A stretch of 64,000 nt of DNA from a virus. Positions 18,926 to 29,502 of this stretch are shown one piece after another. The first letter of the stretch is position 1; each line of letters begins with the position of its first letter. Below the pieces are notes generated by a model that saw only the letters and a program-made list of their open reading frames with translations, was not told where the DNA came from and made no database searches. The stretch is taken from positions 12,685 through 76,684 of the IMG/VR virus record IMGVR_UViG_3300032083_003484; one strand, 5' to 3'. Made by a program: the position numbers and the translations under genes.

Positions 18926-21268
18926 CTAGGGAGGAGCGTTCCCGGCAGCAGTCCATGCTCCCTTTACGAACTCAAGGGCTGAGGCTGTGGTGTAGTTGTC
19001 ATTACCATCATCACCCCAGTAAGGCCTTCGGGAGCGGCCGTCATCTCGTGGGTTGCCTATATTGGCTATATCAACATGCAGATCTCCACTTTGATAGTCG
19101 TGGTCGGCGCCCATACCGGTTATACCTGCTTGGAAAAACGCTAAGGCTATTTGATAAATTCTCTTTCCATAAATTTCATAAACTCTGTAATCTTCTGGAT
19201 TTGTCATGGCGGCTAAAGTTCTGTCAACCCTGATTTTTGAGCCAGTTTTAGATGGTTGGCCGGTGGCCGGATCAGTAGTCGCATTATATATGTGTATATC
19301 TGCTGCCCAACCAAAGTCATGTCGGCCGCTCCCCGTGCGGTCTCCGCCTCCTTCAGGTGGTTGACCGCCGCTCCAAATCACAATGTACAAGTTTTCCTGA
19401 CTAGCGACAGACTGCAAGACTTGAAGTAGTTGAGGCTGCACAGCATTCCGTCGTCTACCACTTAAATCATATTCTAAACGATCGTATCCAGGTATTGGCC
19501 CGCTTGTGGGCCTAGTGAGCAGCGCCTGAGCCCCTGGGCCATCAATACCTTCCGGGACAAACGAACCGTCACCCTCTCTTACCTGTCTATAAGCGTTAGT
19601 AACACCATAAACTGCGTTTTTGTTCTCTTGATTTTGAAGACGGCCGACGCTCCAAAAATAAATGCGATCCGCAGACGAGTTTTCGATCGTACTCAATACA
19701 CACCTTAGCACGTTCTCGTAAGGAGATAGCGTTCCATTATCAAAGCCGGACAGTCTATATGCAGCGAGGCCCATACCAAGCTTGGGGTTGAGCGGTGAAC
19801 TAGAACTAAATTGATCATTAAACTTCTCAGCGGCTCGGGCCTGGAATGTGCCGGGCTGCCTCACTGCTTGTTCGGATGGCACAAACTTCGAATAGGCTTG
19901 TATATTCCACTGGCTAATTTTGGCAATTGAGGTGGACGCTTCCTCTTCGGCTTGCTGGGCTGCTAGAACGAAATCTCCAACTGTCCCCATGCGCCCCTGG
20001 TGGGTGGTGGCTTCCAGATTAATCGATCCATTATTGATTGATGGTATTTCATTCATCTTGGTCAGTAGGTATTTTGCTGCTTCCACCTTGTCAGCAAAGG
20101 CTTCTGAGGGATCTAACGCCCTGAAGTTTCGGTCTCCGTACCAAGCAGATGTATTCCAGCTTGCGCCTTCCACATCAAACTCAATAGCTTTTATTTTTTC
20201 TGGGCCTGCGGCGCCGATAAATCCTCTAATCTTTGCAGCATAATCATCTATCAGGGCTCTGCTGGGATATGGCCAAACAGTGATTGTATATTCTATTCCT
20301 GCTGTAGCTAGCTTGTCTGCAATTTGGGCTATCTGAGCCGGAGTGAAACCATCGGCTGCTTCGTCAAAATTTAGTGGCCATCGCTTGTCTCCGCTAGAAA
20401 GCGTCGGAATTTGACTAGAATCTAAATTTGGATTTCTATTATCAACAGCCTGACTGGTGATCATGTGATTGACCATAGCTATGTTGTTATTTTTCCACAT
20501 TGAGATAAAGTCATCCAAGTCCTGCATCGTCTCGGAGACTCCTCTATCGAGCCATACTCCAAATTTCATTGGCCTGTTGTTTTTGAACGTATCGACTACT
20601 TCAGCCGAGGTGACACCCGGAAGAGTCGGGCCTAAGCCACCATACACGTTTCGGCCGTGGCCCGAACGAAACGGCTGGCCTCCGGAGCTATTAAAATAAA
20701 ATGAAGCGCCGTCGCCAGTAACAACATCTGCAGAAAAGTTGTTTCTTACCACAACTTTTCTAACTACGGCGCCGTTCCATGAGTTTTGTTCTGGTTTATA
20801 TACCTCAACAATGTCACCGATACCAAAAGATTCTATTGTTTCACTAACGGGCTTTTCTGATATTGCTCGGCCTTGCAACCCAATCGTGTCGACATAACTT
20901 TGCACTGTTGTTGCATAACTTGAGGGATCTGGGGCAAACTGGTCTGATTCATCCCTTAGAACAAATATAAAATATTCAGGGATCTCTCCTGTCGTTGTTG
21001 AGTTGGCGTATAAATCCGGATAAAGATGTGCCGCCGGCCTTCCCGCTGTAACTCCCAGTATTCTAGCTTTGAATGTGTTGCCAAATGTAGATAAAGAATC
21101 GACAGCGTAAGAGTTTTGTAAGGCACTCTGAGCTATTTGAGTATACGGATCCAATACTCCGTTTCTTACGTCTAAAATCTTCTCAGAGTTTGAGTAAGGG
21201 TTTGATCTTAAATTGTTATAAGATCCAAACCTTTCTATTAATCTTGGACGTGGTATACGAACTGCCAT
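18926..21268 (-). CDS. Baseplate hub/gp5-N-like protein with glycoside-hydrolase-like and M15-peptidase-like domains
   Basis: N-terminal OB-like FKARILG...GDIVEVY; central AIEFDVE (GH18-like); C-terminal SGRHDFGWAADI...LHVDI (HxxxxAxD/HxD Zn motif). Confidence 0.55.
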   Translation of the reverse strand: MAVRIPRPRLIERFGSYNNLRSNPYSNSEKILDVRNGVLDPYTQIAQSALQNSYAVDSLSTFGNTFKARILGVTAGRPAAHLYPDLYANSTTTGEIPEYFIFVLRDESDQFAPDPSSYATTVQSYVDTIGLQGRAISEKPVSETIESFGIGDIVEVYKPEQNSWNGAVVRKVVVRNNFSADVVTGDGASFYFNSSGGQPFRSGHGRNVYGGLGPTLPGVTSAEVVDTFKNNRPMKFGVWLDRGVSETMQDLDDFISMWKNNNIAMVNHMITSQAVDNRNPNLDSSQIPTLSSGDKRWPLNFDEAADGFTPAQIAQIADKLATAGIEYTITVWPYPSRALIDDYAAKIRGFIGAAGPEKIKAIEFDVEGASWNTSAWYGDRNFRALDPSEAFADKVEAAKYLLTKMNEIPSINNGSINLEATTHQGRMGTVGDFVLAAQQAEEEASTSIAKISQWNIQAYSKFVPSEQAVRQPGTFQARAAEKFNDQFSSSSPLNPKLGMGLAAYRLSGFDNGTLSPYENVLRCVLSTIENSSADRIYFWSVGRLQNQENKNAVYGVTNAYRQVREGDGSFVPEGIDGPGAQALLTRPTSGPIPGYDRLEYDLSGRRRNAVQPQLLQVLQSVASQENLYIVIWSGGQPPEGGGDRTGSGRHDFGWAADIHIYNATTDPATGQPSKTGSKIRVDRTLAAMTNPEDYRVYEIYGKRIYQIALAFFQAGITGMGADHDYQSGDLHVDIANIGNPRDDGRSRRPYWGDDGNDNYTTASALEFVKGAWTAAGNAPP

Positions 21269-21285
21269 ACAAAACTACCTCTAAG

Positions 21286-21295
21286 ATAAATAGTT
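21286..21295 (-). promoter_or_regulatory. Late-type promoter motif ACTATTTAT
   Basis: ATAAATAGTT (+) 18 nt upstream of the 21268 start, at the head of the baseplate operon. Confidence 0.55.
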
Positions 21296-21300
21296 CCGCC

Positions 21301-22005
21301 TTAGATTTCTCCGTTGTCCCACTCGGCTCTTAGATTTCGATATTTTTTTCTTACTTTTGTTAGAGAAGAAGTTATTTGTTTTGTGCTAAAGCCGGTAATC
21401 TCCCGCAGATAAACATATACAGCTTTTTTGTTAAATATATCAATCTGTTCTACTGACTCAAATAAAACTTCGACTGCTTCTAAGATTTTTCTATCTTGAG
21501 CGCTGGATGTTTCTTCCTTCCACCATACTATTTCTTCGTGGAGCACCTCAATAAACTCTGCTTTTGTGCGATCTTGGATGTAAGTGTTTCGAACGATAAG
21601 CTTTTCATCTAATACTGTATCAGAAACATCCAAGGCAACTTCTTTTTGAAGCTTCTTTTTTCTTTTCTTGGTCTCGGCAATAAACCAGTTCTTTGTGATC
21701 ACTGAAAAGTAAGTAAAGGCCTTATAGCCCTTTTCAACATCAAACTTTTCTAAGATTGTAACCAAAAAGACTTTGCAATCTTCTTTTAGAATATCGCAAT
21801 TTGGAAGTGAGTTAAACTTATACGTATAAACAATCTTATCAACCAACTCGTCAAAAGCAGGTTGGATTAGTGTTACGTATAACTCTTCTCTTCTAGCTTT
21901 TGATTTTGATTTACAGTACTCAAGAATTGCGTCTTCGTGTACCTGCGTAAAATACATGTTTTTTTTCTTTGGATACTTGCTCTTCCTTCTCTTCTTCGTT
22001 GTCAT
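21301..22005 (-). CDS. Phage sigma-like late transcription factor (gp55-like)
   Basis: YFTQVHEDAILEY...KFDVEKGYKAFTYFSVITKNWFI sigma-2-like motif and C-terminal HTH (LREITGFSTKQIT). Confidence 0.65.
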   Translation of the reverse strand: MTTKKRRKSKYPKKKNMYFTQVHEDAILEYCKSKSKARREELYVTLIQPAFDELVDKIVYTYKFNSLPNCDILKEDCKVFLVTILEKFDVEKGYKAFTYFSVITKNWFIAETKKRKKKLQKEVALDVSDTVLDEKLIVRNTYIQDRTKAEFIEVLHEEIVWWKEETSSAQDRKILEAVEVLFESVEQIDIFNKKAVYVYLREITGFSTKQITSSLTKVRKKYRNLRAEWDNGEI

Positions 22006-22309
22006 CTATTTGCTCCTCTAGGGCACCTGTAAGCTCTTCTTCCTCTAACCTGCTAAACAGGGTCGTAAAGTCTCCAACTCTCTCTGAGACGGCCTTTGAG
22101 TGCTCTAACAAGGCACGTAAGGTTTCATCTCCATAAAAGGATTCAAGCTGGTATACTTGTTCGACGTGGCGATGATAAATGTTGAGGTCTGTAATCACTT
22201 CCTCAACTTCTAATGAAAGGTCTGAAAGGTCGGTTACAAGGCGGCGGCCATACCAAGTTAGAATTACATTAAGTAATACCGAAACTGTTATAATACCATA
22301 AATCATCAA
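21920..22309 (-). CDS. Hypothetical membrane-anchored protein
   Basis: N-terminal TM helix followed by acidic coil. Confidence 0.55.
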   Translation of the reverse strand: MMIYGIITVSVLLNVILTWYGRRLVTDLSDLSLEVEEVITDLNIYHRHVEQVYQLESFYGDETLRALLEHSKAVSERVGDFTTLFSRLEEEELTGALEEQIDDNEEEKEEQVSKEKKHVFYAGTRRRNS

Positions 22310-22572
22310 TCCAACATCCTATTTGCTAAATTATCTTTTTCGTCTTGAAGAATCTTTCTGTTTTCTTCAATATAATCTTTTGTTAGTTCGCCGGTCTTTT
22401 TTGAAGTTTCTTCGGCGGTTCTTCGGATACTAACAGTAGATAATTGTTTTGTTATTTCGCCTTTATCGGCGCAATCATACACTTCTGAACAAGTGGTTGG
22501 GTCTTCATCTGCCCCAACCATTGCCTTTAAAGTTGACCCACATTTTTTACATTCGTAAGCGTAAATGGGCAT
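22306..22572 (-). CDS. FmdB-family zinc-ribbon protein
   Basis: MPIYAYECKKCG start motif. Confidence 0.7.
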   Translation of the reverse strand: MPIYAYECKKCGSTLKAMVGADEDPTTCSEVYDCADKGEITKQLSTVSIRRTAEETSKKTGELTKDYIEENRKILQDEKDNLANRMLD

Positions 22573-22988
22573 TATTCTTCTTTATTATAGTAATCAGAAG
22601 ATGAACGGATCTTCATTCCAAGTCCATCAACTATTTCTGCTCCAATCTCTTTACAAGTTGTAGCTTCTGGAATCTCATCTATAAAGCGATCTCCGCCTTT
22701 TGCGAAGATGTCGGGGTTTACGGCTTGTAAAGATCTACATACCGTAGGATCCTCATCGATAGAAAGGAATACCTCGTCGACACACTTGAGAGAGGAGACG
22801 ATCTTAAGTCTATCTCCCTCGGTCATAAACGGGGTGCCCTTCTTGAGTACTGCCTGATTATCATTATTAACAATAACAATCAACTTATCTCCAAGTTTGG
22901 CGGCCATCTCTAAATACTCAATGTGACCAACGTGAATCGGATCAAAATAACCGCTGGCCACGACTGTTCTACTCTCTTTCATAATCAT
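22572..22988 (-). CDS. Cytidylyltransferase-like (HIGH) nucleotidyltransferase
   Basis: SGYFDPIHVGH, KGGDR, SSS motifs. Confidence 0.85.
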   Translation of the reverse strand: MIMKESRTVVASGYFDPIHVGHIEYLEMAAKLGDKLIVIVNNDNQAVLKKGTPFMTEGDRLKIVSSLKCVDEVFLSIDEDPTVCRSLQAVNPDIFAKGGDRFIDEIPEATTCKEIGAEIVDGLGMKIRSSSDYYNKEE

Positions 22989-23304
22989 CCTCTAGTCTCA
23001 CAACATCATCGAGGTGAGGTGTCGACACTTCCATTAAAACAACGTCTGCGCCCTGCATTGCCCCAAAGCGATGAACACGGCCCGGTTCGTTGTGCCAGGT
23101 GTTGCCTTGCTGGATGGCGACGGCTTCACTTGTATCAGTCCACACAATGAGAGTTCCCTCTAAGACGTATACAGTCTCTTCTTTGAGGTCGTGGTATTGG
23201 AGCGATAGGCGGTGACCTCCATTGATGTGTAGAATCTTCCCAACATAGTTATCAGTCTCCGCCCAAATCACTTCGTGGCCCCAAGGTTTATCAACCTTCC
23301 GCAT
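22969..23304 (-). CDS. Cupin, mannose-6-phosphate isomerase type II C-terminal-like
   Basis: KPWG...LSLQYH..KEET...HRF...EVSTPHLDDVVRLEDDY. Confidence 0.8.
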   Translation of the reverse strand: MRKVDKPWGHEVIWAETDNYVGKILHINGGHRLSLQYHDLKEETVYVLEGTLIVWTDTSEAVAIQQGNTWHNEPGRVHRFGAMQGADVVLMEVSTPHLDDVVRLEDDYERE

Positions 23305-23485
23305 TGACGGCCTCTTCTAGCTCTGAAAGGTCTCCGGATACGACAGGTGGATTGGTTACCACAAGCCCATCATCGGACATCTCAAAAACCATATCGTTAA
23401 GAAGCGGCATGATATCTGCTTGCTCCCAAAGACATTTTTGTAGAACCATTAACAGGGCTCCGGCTGCTTGATTTGATAGTTTCAT
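23291..23485 (-). CDS. Hypothetical protein
   Basis: 64 aa with AAGGAG RBS; overlaps the next gene. Confidence 0.55.
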   Translation of the reverse strand: MKLSNQAAGALLMVLQKCLWEQADIMPLLNDMVFEMSDDGLVVTNPPVVSGDLSELEEAVNAEG

Positions 23486-23500
23486 TATTTTTCTCCTTTA

Positions 23501-24466
23501 TTATAATTCCTTTTCCCAGCGATCGATCATATCATCTAATAGCGTTTCAAATGTGTACTCTGGCTTCCAGCCCAGCACGTTTTTTACTTTTGAAGGATCC
23601 CCCTTAAGGTATTTTAGCTCTTCAGGACGCATGTAAATCGGGTTCTGAACAATATGATCTTCGTAATTTAATCCAAGTTTTGAAAATACAACTTCACACA
23701 AATCTCTTACAGAGTGTGTTTCGCCGGTCGCAACAATAAACTCATCAGGAGTATCATGGTTAAGGATCATGTGCATAGCTCTCACATAATCTTTTGAGTG
23801 CCCCCAGTCTCTATAAGAATCCATGTTTCCTAGCTCTAGTTTATCTTGTAACCCTTTCTTAATTGCAACAGCGCCCTTAACAACTTTGTTGGTTACAAAA
23901 TTTGAACCCCTTCTTGGGGATTCGTGATTGAAAAGAACTCCGTTGCAAGCGTGAAGTCCATATGCGTGCCTATAATGCCTAACAAGATTATAGCCCATTA
24001 CCTTTGCACACCCATATGGACTAACCGGGTTCATTGGTGTTGTGAGTCTTTGTGTCCCGTCTTCATCAACAGAGTTGCCAAACATCTCTGAAGAAGATGC
24101 CTGATAGAATTTTGCTTCTGGGCATGTTGTTCTATATACTTCCAACATGTTCAAGACGCCTAGAGCGTTTGTTTGTATTGTAAATGATGGCATATCAAAA
24201 CTGATTCTAACATGACTCATTGCGCCAAGGTTATATATTTCATCCGGCTGGACTTCATTAACTATTCTTACCAAAGAAGGGTAGTCTAACAAGTCACCAT
24301 AGTACGTATTGATGTTTTTTGTTATATGATTTATTCTGGAATCTTGGTTTTCGGCTACCGAATGCCTTCTTATCATCCCATAGACCTCATAATCATTATC
24401 CAATAAATATTCCGCCAGGTAGCTGCCATCCTGGCCTCCTACGCCGGTTATTAATGCCTTTTTCAT
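23501..24466 (-). CDS. gmd: GDP-mannose 4,6-dehydratase
   Basis: ALITGVGGQDGSYLAE, YNLGAMSHV, FYQASSSEMFG, SPYGCAK, LFNHESPRRG, RDWGH. Confidence 0.95.
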   Translation of the reverse strand: MKKALITGVGGQDGSYLAEYLLDNDYEVYGMIRRHSVAENQDSRINHITKNINTYYGDLLDYPSLVRIVNEVQPDEIYNLGAMSHVRISFDMPSFTIQTNALGVLNMLEVYRTTCPEAKFYQASSSEMFGNSVDEDGTQRLTTPMNPVSPYGCAKVMGYNLVRHYRHAYGLHACNGVLFNHESPRRGSNFVTNKVVKGAVAIKKGLQDKLELGNMDSYRDWGHSKDYVRAMHMILNHDTPDEFIVATGETHSVRDLCEVVFSKLGLNYEDHIVQNPIYMRPEELKYLKGDPSKVKNVLGWKPEYTFETLLDDMIDRWEKEL

Positions 24467-24892
24467 TTAAACATTCTCCTTTGTTTTTATGTATGTTTTA
24501 TCTTTAATTTGGCCAAAATATGGCCCATTTTTAAATTCGTATAAAATAGTTCCCTCTTCTAAGACTTTAAAACCATGACCTCCAGAAAACACGATTGCGC
24601 AATCGCCCTTTTCTAGGATCTCTTCATGAACCAAGGTATTATCTAGATCCCAAAACCTTGCTTCAATCGAGCCTGAAAGAATGACCCATGCTTCATTGGT
24701 TCCAAAGGTTTCTCGCCTAATATTATTGTGCTTATGAGGCTCAAAAAGATCATTTTTTGATAAAACCTTCGAAGAAACTTGTAAAAGAGCATCATCAGGA
24801 GACAGATCGTTTCTATCCGCAACTATATCATCTTTTTTATTAATAATTAATAACAGTTTTTCATTAACTTTTGAATAAATAAACCTAGGCAT
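24467..24892 (-). CDS. WbuC-like cupin
   Basis: PHKH...E...GHGF..LE...YEFKNGPY. Confidence 0.7.
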   Translation of the reverse strand: MPRFIYSKVNEKLLLIINKKDDIVADRNDLSPDDALLQVSSKVLSKNDLFEPHKHNNIRRETFGTNEAWVILSGSIEARFWDLDNTLVHEEILEKGDCAIVFSGGHGFKVLEEGTILYEFKNGPYFGQIKDKTYIKTKENV

Positions 24893-25814
24893 TTACTTTC
24901 TCCCAAGCTATAATCGAATACCCATTTATATACATGCTCCCAATAAAGCTTTCTTTTTCAAAAATAATATTAATTTTTTTCTCTTTTTCTAGCTTGTGCA
25001 TATAGTTTTTAAAGTTTTTAAGATAATTTCTTTTTTCAAAATATTTTTTACTTAAAAAATCATATAAGTTTGTATCATCTAAGTATTCACTAATTGGTTC
25101 TATGTGAAAACATATTTTAGGATTATTTTCTAGTAAAAAATTAATAAAATCTTCATATTTATCGCCAATTTGCTCTAAAGCTGCAAAGGTATATACCCCT
25201 GAGTCTTTTTCTAGAGAAAGACCATAATTCGGATTAAAAAAATCAAACTTATTACACTTAAAATCAGTGTTGAAGACTTTGTTAATATTTTCAATCGATT
25301 GCTGTGAACTTGTGGCCCAATCAAGCCCAAAAACATTTGCTTCTGGATTGACTTCGTTAACTCTTAAAAGGTTATGTCCAGTCCCGCAGCCAAATTCATA
25401 TATATTTGCACAGTTCTTAATAAATTTTTCGAATATCCAATATTGTAATAAGCTAACTAGATTATATTCCATATCTTTATTGCATGGTTTAATTATTTTT
25501 TTATTCCATCTAATATATGGATATTTTCCGAAGTATTTTGGGATTAAAAAATTATGTTTTCTGTGTTTTAGAAACCCTTCAGAATTTTCACTCCAGCCTT
25601 TTTCCCAATCTCCTATTCGATGCTGTCCGGCACGAGTTACTTCCCCTGTATTTTTGTACAGATATTTTAATATTTCTAATATGACATCATTATTTTCTTC
25701 TTTATCTAATTCCATATAAGATAAATCAAAATCTTTAATTTTCTCTTTTAGAAAAACAGACAGTTCTTCACCAAGAGAATTTTCAAGATCTTTTTCACAA
25801 ATTTTATTAATCAT
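24885..25814 (-). CDS. Class I SAM-dependent methyltransferase
   Basis: IYEFGCGTGHN motif I, GLDW. Confidence 0.75.
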   Translation of the reverse strand: MINKICEKDLENSLGEELSVFLKEKIKDFDLSYMELDKEENNDVILEILKYLYKNTGEVTRAGQHRIGDWEKGWSENSEGFLKHRKHNFLIPKYFGKYPYIRWNKKIIKPCNKDMEYNLVSLLQYWIFEKFIKNCANIYEFGCGTGHNLLRVNEVNPEANVFGLDWATSSQQSIENINKVFNTDFKCNKFDFFNPNYGLSLEKDSGVYTFAALEQIGDKYEDFINFLLENNPKICFHIEPISEYLDDTNLYDFLSKKYFEKRNYLKNFKNYMHKLEKEKKINIIFEKESFIGSMYINGYSIIAWEKVNA

Positions 25815-26868
25815 CGGTTCCTCCTAAGTTAAACCATTTAATTGTCCTTTTAATCCCTTCATCTAAAGATATTATTTCTTTTTCATACTCAGGAAATTCA
25901 TTTCGAAACCTGTCCATGGCCAAACTAACAATTTTTGGCGCCTCTTTTGTGGCTTCTGAAGGAAGCTTATTTTTCTTTATGGCTTCTATATTAAAAAAGC
26001 TAGCTACTTTATTGGCTAATTCATAAATTGTTATTTCCTCAACATCTCCACCTACATTATATACTAATTCTTTTCCATCTGTCAATATATATATTAAAAT
26101 ATAAACACAATTAGTAATATAAAGGTAGTTTCTTCTTGAGGCGCCTTCATCTAGTAGATTAATATTTCCATTTTGCGCTTTAAAAAGAAAATCCTGCAGC
26201 ACCCTTTCATCAGAGAATAACGCTCCGGGACCATATGTTAAAGCGACTCTAGCTATTTTTGTTTCAACGTTATTGTTTTCTGCATATTGTTTGCAAAGTA
26301 TCTCGCCTAGGCGTTTTGATACGATATAACACGATCGATTGTTCTGTAAGTCGAAAACACCATTATAGCTCTCCGGAGTGGGGACAAAGTCTGTAGGAGG
26401 AGTGCCATAGACCTCACTAGTACTTAAAAATAAAAATTTTCCACCTTTTTTATCCATGTGCTCTAATATTGATTCAACACCCACTACATTTATCAAGCAT
26501 GTTGCTATACTATTTTTTAAAAATTTGGCTGGTTGTCCATAACCAGAACAAAAAAAACAAAAATCAATTTTTTCTGGTATTTTAGAGTGTTCAATTCTTG
26601 TTGTACAATCCCATGAAAAATATTTTGCCGTATTATCTTCTACTATATGTTTAATTCTTTTCAGATTATCTTTTTTACTTTTAGACGTCAAAAAAAGATT
26701 AATATTTAAAGAAAAACATTTATTAATATAAACAAAAAAATCAGCTAAAAAACCACCAATTAATCCATTTGCCCCAGTGATTAATATATTCGAATTTTTA
26801 AATTTTTCAATATTAATTTTTTTACTTAAAAAGCTACATTCCTCATATATAACATCATAATTATACAT
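25807..26868 (-). CDS. NAD-dependent epimerase/dehydratase (extended SDR)
   Basis: ILITGANGLIG, STSEVYG, YIVSK, YGPG. Confidence 0.9.
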   Translation of the reverse strand: MYNYDVIYEECSFLSKKINIEKFKNSNILITGANGLIGGFLADFFVYINKCFSLNINLFLTSKSKKDNLKRIKHIVEDNTAKYFSWDCTTRIEHSKIPEKIDFCFFCSGYGQPAKFLKNSIATCLINVVGVESILEHMDKKGGKFLFLSTSEVYGTPPTDFVPTPESYNGVFDLQNNRSCYIVSKRLGEILCKQYAENNNVETKIARVALTYGPGALFSDERVLQDFLFKAQNGNINLLDEGASRRNYLYITNCVYILIYILTDGKELVYNVGGDVEEITIYELANKVASFFNIEAIKKNKLPSEATKEAPKIVSLAMDRFRNEFPEYEKEIISLDEGIKRTIKWFNLGGTDD

Positions 26869-27733
26869 ACCTTAATTTCTCCTTTGTTAACCCTAAAATT
26901 TCTCTGTGTTCGTCAGCAGTTCCATAGTCTGTACAAAACTTTCTTGGTATACCTGTTTTTTTTAAATTTATTAGCATGTTGTTCCTGGAAGCAATATCGA
27001 ATATTTTATCTCCCAGGGCGCCTATTGAAGAATTTTCTTCAACTGATATACAATTATTTTGTTTTTTTAATAAATTAACTATTTTTAGTTCGGTTTCTAA
27101 TGAAAGCGGTTCTATTGTTGGTAAATATATAATTATGTTTTGCTTTTCCTTTACTATTTCTAGTGTATGCCCACACGTAAAAATAAGAGGCTTTGTTATA
27201 TCTCCTTCTATTATATGACAGTCATATGGATTAATATCAAAATCTTCTTCATGCATGCTTTTGAATAGTTTAAAGTATTTTGTCTTACCGTTAGACCATG
27301 TTTTATTAAAAAGATTTTTGAATTCTTTTTTATTTCCCGGACAAAATATATCGATATTTGGAAGTGGTCTTAAAATTGATATATCTGAATAACAATGGTG
27401 TGTGCATCCCAAGTGAGCGTAGTCAAACGAGCCACCAACTGTGACTATCGTCACATCCAGCTCTTGATAACATAAATCAATCTTAATTTGCTCATACGCC
27501 CTTTCAACACAGAATGGAGCTATCGTATGTACAACTGGCTTAAAGCCATTGAGAGCCAGGCCGGCGGCGATCCCGATCATGGACTGTTCACAGATCCCAA
27601 TGTTATAAAATCTATCTGGGAACCTGCTTTCGAATTCTTTTAATAGAAAATGACTAATATCGCCAATCAAAACTACTAGTTTTTCATCTTCTTCAGCTTT
27701 TCTTATTAATATATCTGCAAATGTTTTACGCAT
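26861..27733 (-). CDS. Transketolase-like, C-terminal (pyrimidine-binding) subunit
   Basis: NIGICEQSMIGIAAGLA, RAYEQIK, GCTHH. Confidence 0.9.
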   Translation of the reverse strand: MRKTFADILIRKAEEDEKLVVLIGDISHFLLKEFESRFPDRFYNIGICEQSMIGIAAGLALNGFKPVVHTIAPFCVERAYEQIKIDLCYQELDVTIVTVGGSFDYAHLGCTHHCYSDISILRPLPNIDIFCPGNKKEFKNLFNKTWSNGKTKYFKLFKSMHEEDFDINPYDCHIIEGDITKPLIFTCGHTLEIVKEKQNIIIYLPTIEPLSLETELKIVNLLKKQNNCISVEENSSIGALGDKIFDIASRNNMLINLKKTGIPRKFCTDYGTADEHREILGLTKEKLRYV

Positions 27734-28490
27734 CTAACTCCTCAATGAATTTTTCATATTGTTCTTTGTTTGGCGGGCCATGGTGCCAGGAGTGCATGTT
27801 GGTTTCCATCTCCTTTACCCCTTTTCCCTTTACAGTCTTGCACACCACACAAATAGGTAGGTCTTGCTCTTCCTTGGCGGCGCTTATCGCTTTATTGATA
27901 TCGGCTATGTTGTGACCGTCTAAAACAACTACTACTTTCCACCCAAAAGCTTCGAATTTTTTTTCGATTCTTTTAGTCGGTAAAGATCTGATTTGAGAAT
28001 TATTTTCATCAATTATGCATATTAAGTTGTTTAATTTTAAATTTGCGGCGACCATTGCGGATTCCCAAGTTGTGCCTTCGTTACACTCCCCATCACCAAT
28101 TAAACAAAAGGTTCTTTCATCCCTTTGTGATATTTTATTTGCGATCGCAATCCCAACACATATTGGCAGACCATGACCAAGAGAACCGGTTGATGCGTGA
28201 ATTTTTTTGTGCTTTCCCCTATGCGGGTGACCACCTAGTATACTATCGAAAGAACCGAATGAAAAAAACTCCTCTTCACTAATTATCCCCATCTCTAAAA
28301 ACACAGCATAAAGAGCCAAGCAGCCGTGTCCTTTGCTTAAGATAAATTTTTCTTCATCTTTTATATGATCTTTATAAAGGCAATATATGATCTCTAAAAT
28401 AGAAAAAGCACTTGGAATGTGACCTAGTTGAGTTTCATATGAAACTTTTAAAATTTGTTTTTTTAATTTTTTTATTATCTTATGATCCAT
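27726..28490 (-). CDS. Transketolase-like, N-terminal (TPP-binding) subunit
   Basis: FILSKGHG, STGSLGHGL, GDGECNEGTTWE, TVKGKG. Confidence 0.9.
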   Translation of the reverse strand: MDHKIIKKLKKQILKVSYETQLGHIPSAFSILEIIYCLYKDHIKDEEKFILSKGHGCLALYAVFLEMGIISEEEFFSFGSFDSILGGHPHRGKHKKIHASTGSLGHGLPICVGIAIANKISQRDERTFCLIGDGECNEGTTWESAMVAANLKLNNLICIIDENNSQIRSLPTKRIEKKFEAFGWKVVVVLDGHNIADINKAISAAKEEQDLPICVVCKTVKGKGVKEMETNMHSWHHGPPNKEQYEKFIEELDA

Positions 28491-29502
28491 ATATCCTGTT
28501 TAAGTATGTTATTGCACTGTGTGGATTAAAATATGCAGCTGCAGCTGCAACGTTTGAATCTGTACATATTAGACGGTCGCATCTTGACATCAAGACACAA
28601 TCAATTAAACACTCCTCTCCGTGTTCCGGGCCAGTTGCAGACGTCAAACATATGGGATCGCTGGAGTTATACTTGCTCATCCTTACGGCGGGACGTGCAA
28701 TTGTTCTCTTGCGGCCAAATGCTTTAAATATTTCCGCAATCGCCTCGTTGTTGTCAGATGCAACAAATATTTGACTATCTTTTTCTGTTAATTTTTCTTC
28801 GATCATATCTAAGTATGCATGCAACGGTAAGGATTTGTGGGGGAATTCCATTTTTTTGTCTGTCCCCCTTACGTGCACAGCTAGAACGTCTTCTTTAAAG
28901 AATTTATTATAAAATTTATTTATTTTGTTTGTTATTTCTTTTTTTATTTTTATATTATTTAATATTATTCTGTTAGCACTTTCCCTGTGTTCTCTCTCTA
29001 GTGGCGTTCCTAGTAAGTCCCATAGAAGGAGCGGTTCATACAAATGAATATTTTTAATTAAAAATTTATTTTGCATGTTATAATCTAGCTCTCCTGCCAT
29101 GAATATGTCAGATACATCATGATTAGCGGCGAGCGCATCTTTAACACTATAACTATTTAATGGCTCAAAATAATATTCCCATGGGTTTAAAGAGTTATTC
29201 CAACCATCTTTTGACCAGTAAAGACACTGACAGTGTTTCATCCCAGGAGTGTTGTTGTAGGATGCGGGCGCTGAATCTGTTAGAAAATTGTTTTTGTCTA
29301 AAACGCTTGGGTCTTTAGTGTTCCTATACTCTATGGTACCTGAGCGGCCGTGATTAGAGTCTCTTCGACCCGGCCCCCAACGGACAACAGGAATATAGTT
29401 ATTATCTTCTGCCCACTTAATATTATCAATTGTATGTAAAAATATAGAAAAAAGACCATATGGTCTTGAATCAATAATCAAGAATTTTTTATTCATTTTC
29501 AT
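28480..29502 (-). CDS. NodZ/GT23-like fucosyltransferase
   Basis: AVHVRGTDK, IFVASDN, SNVA motifs. Confidence 0.7.
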   Translation of the reverse strand: MKMNKKFLIIDSRPYGLFSIFLHTIDNIKWAEDNNYIPVVRWGPGRRDSNHGRSGTIEYRNTKDPSVLDKNNFLTDSAPASYNNTPGMKHCQCLYWSKDGWNNSLNPWEYYFEPLNSYSVKDALAANHDVSDIFMAGELDYNMQNKFLIKNIHLYEPLLLWDLLGTPLEREHRESANRIILNNIKIKKEITNKINKFYNKFFKEDVLAVHVRGTDKKMEFPHKSLPLHAYLDMIEEKLTEKDSQIFVASDNNEAIAEIFKAFGRKRTIARPAVRMSKYNSSDPICLTSATGPEHGEECLIDCVLMSRCDRLICTDSNVAAAAAYFNPHSAITYLNRIYGS

